Part shown: positions 26,492 to 32,000 of the stretch, in pieces
Layout of the letters: each line of letters begins with the position of its first letter
Position numbering within the stretch: the first letter of the stretch is position 1
NCBI RefSeq assembly: GCF_036323395.1
Contig: NZ_AP028907.1
Location: 2,100,001-2,132,000 of the forward strand
Length of the DNA: 32,000 nucleotides
Origin: Pyrodictium abyssi
GTDB taxonomy: Archaea > Thermoproteota > Thermoprotei_A > Sulfolobales > Pyrodictiaceae
Direction of reading: 5' to 3'
Notes under the pieces: generated by a model
Seen by the model: the letters and a program-made list of their open reading frames with translations, nothing else
Databases searched by the model: none
Told to the model about the DNA's origin: nothing
Position numbers and translations under genes: made by a program

Positions 26492-26743
26492 TTACGCGTG
26501 GAGCCTCTCTGCGGCCTCGCGGGCTCCAGCCCGCTCGGCTTCTTCTCGGACGGTTCTGCTGAAGCTTAGAGAGCCCAGGATATCGCCTATCACCTTGAAC
26601 GGGTCTGTAGACTTCTCCAGCACTATCCTGTCTCCATGGAGCCTAGCGACGAGCATATCGCCGGGCTTTAGGCCTAGCCGGTCTCTCAGCTCCTTTGGGA
26701 GGGTTATCCTCCCCTTCTCGTCCAGCTTAACCTCAACAGCCAC
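26492..26743 (-). CDS. vapB: AbrB/SpoVT-family antitoxin (VapB)
   Basis: From GTG 26743 it reads VAVEVKLDEKGRITLPKELRDRLGLKPGDMLVARLHGDRIVLEK, a canonical SpoVT/AbrB swapped-hairpin motif. It sits directly upstream of the PIN remnant. The rest of the 202-aa track ORF is over-extension antisense to the methyltransferase gene. Confidence 0.8.
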   Translation of the reverse strand: MAVEVKLDEKGRITLPKELRDRLGLKPGDMLVARLHGDRIVLEKSTDPFKVIGDILGSLSFSRTVREEAERAGAREAAERLHA

Positions 26744-26803
26744 GGGCCCACCAGTATATGGAGTGGGCCCCACCACTATAAGGAGGCTGGCCCTCAACCG
26801 CCA

Positions 26804-27631
26804 GTGGCATTGAAGCGCTGCGCAGCCCTCCGGGTTACCCGTTACCCTGGGCCAGCATGCGCACCGGGTATGGCCCTCTGGTATAGCCCTGTAGCCGGGG
26901 ATGTGCTCTTGGGCTGGCCGTGCTGCAGCTGGGAGGGCTTCTTCGAGGACGCGGAGAGGGTCCAGGAGGAGATATGGTCCCTCGTAGACCCGGGCGGCGT
27001 GGTCGTCGTGGACGTGGGTGTCGGCGACTCGACCCGGAGGCTCCTCGAGCAGGGCGCCACAGTGGTGGGCGTTGACCGGGATGCTGCCAGGCTCCGCCAA
27101 TTGCTACACCAGCCCGGGGCCATGGTTGTCGAGGCCGACTTCGCGTACGCGCCGCTGCGTAGGCGGTCTGCGGGCCTCGTGGTCTTCTACTTTAGCCTCC
27201 ACGAAGCCGACCCGGCTCTCCACCAGCGTATGCTGCTAGCAGCCCGGGAGACTGCTCCCAGAGTCATGGTGGTCGAGCCTTCTCCCAGCGGCTGCCCACT
27301 GTACGAGGAGTACGCGGGGCTCTGGAGGAGGGCTATGCACAGCATCGGGGGCTTCGAGGACTATATGCCTGTGGAGTACTGGAGGAGGCTCCTCGAGGAG
27401 ACGGGCTTCACCGTGATCCAGGCGAAGAGGGTGGAGTGGAGGGCATGCATACCCTACGAGGTGTTCAGAGGCATAGTCGAGGACACGGCCGAGGCGTGGG
27501 CCCGGCTCGGCGTCCCAGGGGAGTACATACGCGGGCTCTGGAGCCTACTAGACCGGGCTAAGAAAGAGGGCTTCAGATGGTCAGACATCTACGTCATCCT
27601 CGCAGAGGGCAGGGGCAGCCACGGTGGGTAG
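26804..27631 (+). CDS. class I SAM-dependent methyltransferase
   Basis: Motif I VVVDVGVGDSTRRLLEQGATVVGVDRD and downstream VVFYFSLHE are present. The true start is probably the ATG at 26870 or later. Confidence 0.8.
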   Translation: MALKRCAALRVTRYPGPACAPGMALWYSPVAGDVLLGWPCCSWEGFFEDAERVQEEIWSLVDPGGVVVVDVGVGDSTRRLLEQGATVVGVDRDAARLRQLLHQPGAMVVEADFAYAPLRRRSAGLVVFYFSLHEADPALHQRMLLAARETAPRVMVVEPSPSGCPLYEEYAGLWRRAMHSIGGFEDYMPVEYWRRLLEETGFTVIQAKRVEWRACIPYEVFRGIVEDTAEAWARLGVPGEYIRGLWSLLDRAKKEGFRWSDIYVILAEGRGSHGG

Positions 27632-27934
27632 CCGCCTCCGGAGCATCTACGAGAAATGCTGTATTACTAGCGGGGGTGGCTGCAGCTAGCAGAGCCGGGT
27701 AGGCTCTGCTACTATATCTTCGACAGCCTGTGCATGTCCTCGGGCGAGACGTGGCGGGGGCATACTCTCTGCTCTAAGTGGGCGCGAGGCCCAGTGCGGA
27801 GTTCTTAGATCCCGAGGCGGGCTCCGGGTAGGCGTAGCGCTAGCATCTGCTCTGCGCAACTTATAAAAGATAAAAAGCTATAATAACATAAGTTCATAAC
27901 TATCTTTAATGATGGAACACCTCTGGTGTGAAAA

Positions 27935-28258
27935 GTGGCACAAGACACCATGCTTGAAGAGTTTAAGAAAGCGTACATGGAGCTGATGAAGGAAGACGCG
28001 AGGAAGAGCTTCATAGTCCACCTAGCAGTATACATCCTGGTCAACATCATGCTGGCAATAGTCAACCTCGTCTACACGCCCGAGACGATCTGGTTCCATT
28101 ACCCGCTCATAGGCTGGGGAATAGGAGTCACGATGCACTACCTCTTCGGGGTCCGCTGGATAGAGAAGGAGATCATAAAGGACTTTGCACGGGCAGAGTA
28201 CATGATGAGAAAAGCAAGGATAGAGAAGAAGGAGGCGACAGAGGGCACAGGCAGCTAG
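27935..28258 (+). CDS. 2TM-domain small membrane protein
   Basis: 107-aa ORF in a lower-GC patch. Two TM helices (FIVHLAVYILVNIMLAIVNLV, YPLIGWGIGVTMHYLFGV) are flanked by charged segments. AT-rich TATA-like runs lie at 27861-27910. The start is GTG 27935 or ATG 27950. Confidence 0.7.
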   Translation: MAQDTMLEEFKKAYMELMKEDARKSFIVHLAVYILVNIMLAIVNLVYTPETIWFHYPLIGWGIGVTMHYLFGVRWIEKEIIKDFARAEYMMRKARIEKKEATEGTGS

Positions 28259-28358
28259 CCACAGCGCCATACGGCAGGAGCATCGGCCCCCCGGGGGTAG
28301 GCCCAGCCCCTCGGTAGAGCCTGGAGGGACAGGATGGGGCAGCTACGCTACAGCACCT

Positions 28359-29047
28359 CTAGCTGTGTGCTCCGTCCCGTAGGAGTTTTCTAAGCTCTTC
28401 CACGATGCTCCTAGAGACTGGCGGCGAGTCCTCTATCAGCTCGCTTATCCTGCGTACTCTTTCCTCGACATTGAGGCCTCCTAGCAGCTGGTCGACGAGC
28501 CTATGGCACTCCCTCCTAGTGCTGCTATCGCAGCTCCCCTCCAGCCCACCTCTATCCTGGCCAGCAAGGCTGGCTATCCAGCACTCAGCGCTGCACTTCC
28601 ACACTAGAGCCAGGAACCTGGTACCGTGGCTGCCGCTGCACTCGGCGGCATAGCGGCTAGCTGTGTGCAGTACGCGGCACTTGAACCCCTCGAGGGCGCC
28701 GCTGGCTAGCTCGCGGAGCCTATCCTCTACTCCGTCGTCGCTGTCGGAGAGGAGGAGAGCACAGAGCCCCGGCGAACCAGCTAGAGCCCTTAGCGAGTTC
28801 TGTAGCACCCTGCCGAGCTGCTTCCTCGTCTCTTTTCGGGCCTGGGCTGTACCTACCGCTGCTGTACAGAGCCTTGCTTCGCGGCCCTCTTCTCTGGGGA
28901 GGCTAGTACAAGAGCAGATAGTTTACAGCGCCGCATATACTCCGGTCGCGGTAGTCAGGGTTTTTCTACGCCCAGGAGGGCGTATAGCAGCGCAGCATCG
29001 TTCACACCCTCCGTGATGACGAGCAAGGCGCTGCAGCTGCTCAGCAC
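28359..29047 (-). pseudogene. TOPRIM / DUF4435-like nuclease partner of the upstream ATPase, disrupted
   Basis: From GTG 29047 it reads VLSSCSALLVITEGVNDAALLYALLGVEKP (the TOPRIM Glu strand), then TGA at 28957..28955. About 88 codons downstream, in another frame (ORF 28359..28808), comes GLCALLLSDSDDGVEDRL (a DxD-type strand). At least one nonsense codon plus one -1 frame change is needed. The length of 689 nt is not a multiple of 3. Confidence 0.45.
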
Positions 29048-29060
29048 GGCTCCCAGCCTG

Positions 29061-30774
29061 CTAGAACCCGCGTAGCTCAGCACCTACAGCATCTAGTGCA
29101 TCTAGCGCCTCCCCGCCACTACTCTCAAAGGCGACACGCCCAGACTGCATGAGCACCAGCTTTGTCTCGCCGAGCACGCTGAGAGCACTAGCAGCCCTTA
29201 GGATAAACTCTATCATCTCAACACTATGGGTCGTGACGATGACGTATACCCTGCCTCCTCCCTCCTTCACAGCCCTAGCCATAGCGGCCGCTATATCCGC
29301 CATGTAGCCCGGGTGCAGCCCGCTCTCCGGCTTCTCGACAAGCAGCAAATAGCGCCCCGCACCCCGGGCCAGTGTAGGTCCAGCGTAGAGCTGGAGTAGC
29401 TCAAGCGTACCGTCCCCCAGCCTTGAGGCGGGAAACACTCCCTGAGGCGTGCGAACCAGGACATCCCTCTCCGTGGGCATCACGTCCTCTACGCCTACTC
29501 CTTTGGCGTAGTTGCGAAATACATCAAGTACGCCAGATTTAAACATTAGCCTAATAGTCTTACTGAGTTCTGAAGGATTCAGTCTCCCACGCCTTATGAG
29601 GAGCACTGTCTCGAACAACGGCTTATCCAAATCCAGTGCTCTCGCGCGTAAATCTTGTACGAGTTTCGCCTTCCACGCTTCCATAAGCTGGTGGCTGCCC
29701 TGCTCCGAGAACGCCTTATAGGCTGTCTCGCGGGCTGACTTTGCCGCCCTATACATGGATTCTAGCAGGCAGTGCCAGAGCTTGTTGAGAAGCCCAGCTG
29801 GGTAGGCGCTCAACAGGATTCTCTCCAGCTTCAGCACATTCGCTACTATGGCTTCGAGCCCTGCTGAGACGAAATCCAGGACAATGTCTTTGAGCGGGTT
29901 AAGGGCATCATATAGCTTATCTAGCAGGTTGGTATCGTTGTTCATGCTGTCATGGGGGACGTATAGGCGAAGCTGCCTATACGCGTAATCAGCTGTGTCG
30001 CCGTAGTATATGGCTGTATCTAGGAGTAAAGGTCCCCGAATAGTAGAGAAGAAAGTATCTTTACGGACTCTTGCACTATGCCGTTTATGCTGCTGGCTGT
30101 GTGTTTTCCGGCTATCCTCTTGATTACAGAGTCGATTGCTTCTACTGCCTTCTGAAGCTTGCTCGGTGGAAGAAGATGCGAGAGAGCCTCCCTTATACGC
30201 TGCTGGTAGCCGATCTTCTTCGTCAATAGAGCTTCGGATAGAGCTTCGACGGGTATAATGGGGTGTTTTTCCCCTGCAGGTAGCCGTCATAGGCCCTTAG
30301 TAGGAGGTAGTCGATGAAGAGCGCTGCGAGCGCTGCGGCCAGCCTCGCGGCAGCAACATAGTCTGAGCCCTTAGCCTCCTGCACCAGGCACTCTTCAAGA
30401 CCGTCCCTGGCATACGTAAATGTCTCGTAGGCTAGAAAGAGCGCTGCTTCCCAGCTACGCCTAGGATGTAGCAGCCTCGTCCTAAACAATAGCCTCCCGT
30501 ACTTCGCCTCTATCAGGGCTTTCTCGCACCCATCGTTTACAAGCTCTCCGTAGCCCTGCAGCTGCTTCCGGACAACTATGCAGCCGATAGCATCGCCGGG
30601 CTCTGCTAGCTGCAGCCTATGGACCGGCGCTGTAAACGCCACAGCAGCTGCCTCGAGGAGCGAAGACTTGCCAGCATTATTCCTCCCAGTGATTATCGTG
30701 ATAGGGGCTAGCTCTAGCTCGGCCTCTTTCACGCCACGGAAGCACTTCACCCTTAGTAGCGGCCGCTCGGCCAA
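29061..30774 (-). pseudogene. ABC/SMC-like AAA ATPase (AAA_15/AAA_21, OLD/AriA/PtuA-like), interrupted by two -1 frame changes
   Basis: Segment 1 (30223..30774) carries Walker A (ITIITGRNNAGKSSLLEA). Segment 2 (ORF 30020..30226) is helical (KKIGYQQRIREALSHLLPPSKLQKAVEAIDSVIKRI). Segment 3 (from about 30060 to 29061) carries Walker B and the H-loop (RYLLLVEKPESGLHPGYM...VIVTTHS). The length of 1714 nt equals 572 codons minus 2 nt. The junctions lie in homopolymer-rich stretches (GGGGAAAAACACCCC; CTTTCTTC). Confidence 0.75.
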
Positions 30775-31159
30775 GAGGCCAGACCCTCATTCCAACCATC
30801 GCTAGGACAGTCATGACGCTATGGGGTATGCTGACTGCAGCCCCGTCCCTCCTCTTTGCGTGCCCAAGCTATTATCTCTGGTGATAATCGGTAGCCCCGT
30901 ACGGTAGGGCACCCCATATACCAGTAGCACCGGGACAAGCGGTGGCTCGTCGCAGAGCTCCCTAGCCTCCTCCTCGTCTCCGTGACCGGAGCTGCTATGC
31001 TGCCAGTAAGCCCCAGGAGCTAGAGCTATAGAGGAATGAGGAGTGGAAGCACATCAAGCCAGGCGCTAGGCGGTGTCCAGGAAGAACGCGGAGAAACGGT
31101 AGCTGCATCGCTTGTAGCTCTGTCAGCGGCTGGGCAGCGAGCTGAAACAGCTGTTTTGG

Positions 31160-31573
31160 CTAGGGCGCCACTCTCAGCCATGGTACCCGTTTGAAGTCGT
31201 CGCCAAACGTGATTATAGCGTCTATCCCGTAGTGCCTGCACGTGGGCGCGATTACCGCGTCGCTTGGGAGCAAACGGTATCTCTCCATGACCTCGTAGAG
31301 TTCATCCTCTTCGTAGAAGTCGATAAGGATTCTAGTATCAGCCTCCGTACCAGCCTCCTTACCGCTTCAAGAACCATGGACGGGTAGCCGTGCTTCTTCA
31401 CCCATTTCCTCGCCGCATAGCCGCCGCGCACACCATGGTAGTGCTCCAGGTAGTGTAGCGTAGAAGTGTAGAGCATAGCTGTCCCGGTGCTCCTCTAGAA
31501 GACTGAGTGCCTCCTGGCTCCTCGGCGTCCTGTGCAGTATGTGGTAAAGGATATTGGTGTCAAGGAAGATCAA
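31160..31573 (-). pseudogene. vapC: VapC (PIN-domain) toxin gene, readable as frame 0 / +1 / 0
   Basis: Frame 0 from TTG 31573 reads MIFLDTNILYHILHRTPRSQEALSLLEEHRDS. The +1 frame (ORF 31252..31476) reads LYTSTLHYLEHYHGVRGGYAARKWVKKHGYPSMVLEAVRRLVRRL. Frame 0 then resumes with ILIDFYEEDELYEVMERYRLLPSDAVIAPTCRHYGIDAIITFGDDFKRVPWLRVAP and a stop at 31162..31160. Frame 0 itself has a TGA at 31369..31367. The total of 414 nt is a multiple of 3. Confidence 0.7.
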
Positions 31574-31767
31574 GCCCTCCAGACCTCGCCTCGTAGCGCC
31601 TCAGCTCCTCCTCGCTAGACTCGCCCAACACGCCGACAAGGTCCTTCAAGAGCTTACGGATGGGCTTCTCTATCTTCACAATGGCTTCCTCGCCTTCTCT
31701 CAGCCCGGGCTCCTCTAGGGGGCACAAGTACGCCCCTCTCGTAGCGCACCCGTATAGCTCTAGCCAC
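31560..31767 (-). pseudogene. AF2212/DUF104-like antitoxin (VapB-type) with a 1-nt insertion in a C5 run
   Basis: From GTG 31767 it reads VARAIRVRYERGVLVP, then the frame changes to LEEPGLREGEEAIVKIEKPIRKLLKDLVGVLGESSEEELRRYEARSGGLDLP. This matches the family signature (xIxAxYENGVLKPLExxxLxEGexV). The shift maps to the GGGGG run at 31718-31722 on the plus strand. The stop overlaps the vapC start by 14 nt. The length of 208 nt equals 69 codons plus 1. Confidence 0.65.
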
Positions 31768-31810
31768 GGCCCAGGGCACCCCAGAGTACTATAGGAGTAC
31801 CAAGAATAGC

Positions 31811-32000
31811 CTAAGTCGTTACTCCGGCTATCCAGCCTCCGCCCTGCGCGGCTACAAGAGTCTTCTCTGTGCCGCTGGTGCCCGCCCGGGGCGCCTCCTC
31901 TACAGGGTGCGCGCCTCCCCTGGGGCAGCTGGGCAGCACCACTGGACCGGCAGAGGCGCCTCCGGGGGCCTTGGCGCTCTCCCTGGCTGCTAGGGGATGA
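31811..32000 (-). CDS. 3' end of an unidentified gene entering from beyond the window
   Basis: The minus-strand frame is open from the window edge to TAG at 31813..31811 (...PVVLPSCPRGGAHPVEEAPRAGTSGTEKTLVAAQGGGWIAGVTT), with moderate GC3 bias. No family was recognised, and it is absent from the ORF track because no start lies in the window. Confidence 0.25.
   Translation of the reverse strand, partial: HPLAARESAKAPGGASAGPVVLPSCPRGGAHPVEEAPRAGTSGTEKTLVAAQGGGWIAGVTT

Noticed and set aside
1-32000. Searched by eye for cas genes, integrases, transposases, IS inverted repeats, rRNA and a duplicated tRNA-Arg fragment (att site)
   Set aside because: None was recognised in any listed ORF or in the manually translated gaps. 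The CRISPR fragments are therefore described as orphan within this window only.

Overview
High-GC archaeal chromosome segment, by eye about 60-65 % GC. It is most likely from a hyperthermophilic crenarchaeote; this is an inference from gene content, frequent GTG/TTG starts, overlapping stop/start codons, an unstructured 24-nt CRISPR repeat and the tRNA. Left end (1-4.2 kb, minus strand): a TCA-cycle block with a two-subunit class I fumarate hydratase followed by sdhA-sdhC-sdhD-sdhB. From 4.3 to 9.4 kb lies an accessory patch. It holds a promoter-equipped hypothetical gene readable only across three frame segments and a divergent wHTH / double-AbrB gene pair sharing a palindromic operator. It also holds an orphan CRISPR locus: seven copies of one 24-nt repeat, broken into three pieces by a Doc-toxin cassette and a PIN-like cassette. 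A membrane-protein gene that ends inside a repeat and tRNA-Arg(CCT) complete the patch. Next come a thiolase, a 977-aa membrane-anchored coiled-coil protein with two transglutaminase-like domains, and FeoB. After these is a visibly lower-GC (about 50 %) oligopeptide-type ABC-transporter island whose ATPase genes appear decayed. Then follow a TehA/SLAC1-like channel, a PUA-containing m5C RNA methyltransferase, an MFS transporter and a SAM methyltransferase. The right end (25.7-31.8 kb) is a graveyard of toxin-antitoxin and defence genes: an RHH-type antitoxin remnant, two VapBC pairs, and an ABC-type ATPase plus TOPRIM pair resembling OLD/PARIS-type systems. Nearly all of these are interrupted by frameshifts or stops, whereas about 17 kb of housekeeping and transport ORFs in the same window are intact. 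No cas genes, rRNA, integrase or transposase were recognised. All homology calls come from motif recognition by eye, not from database searches.
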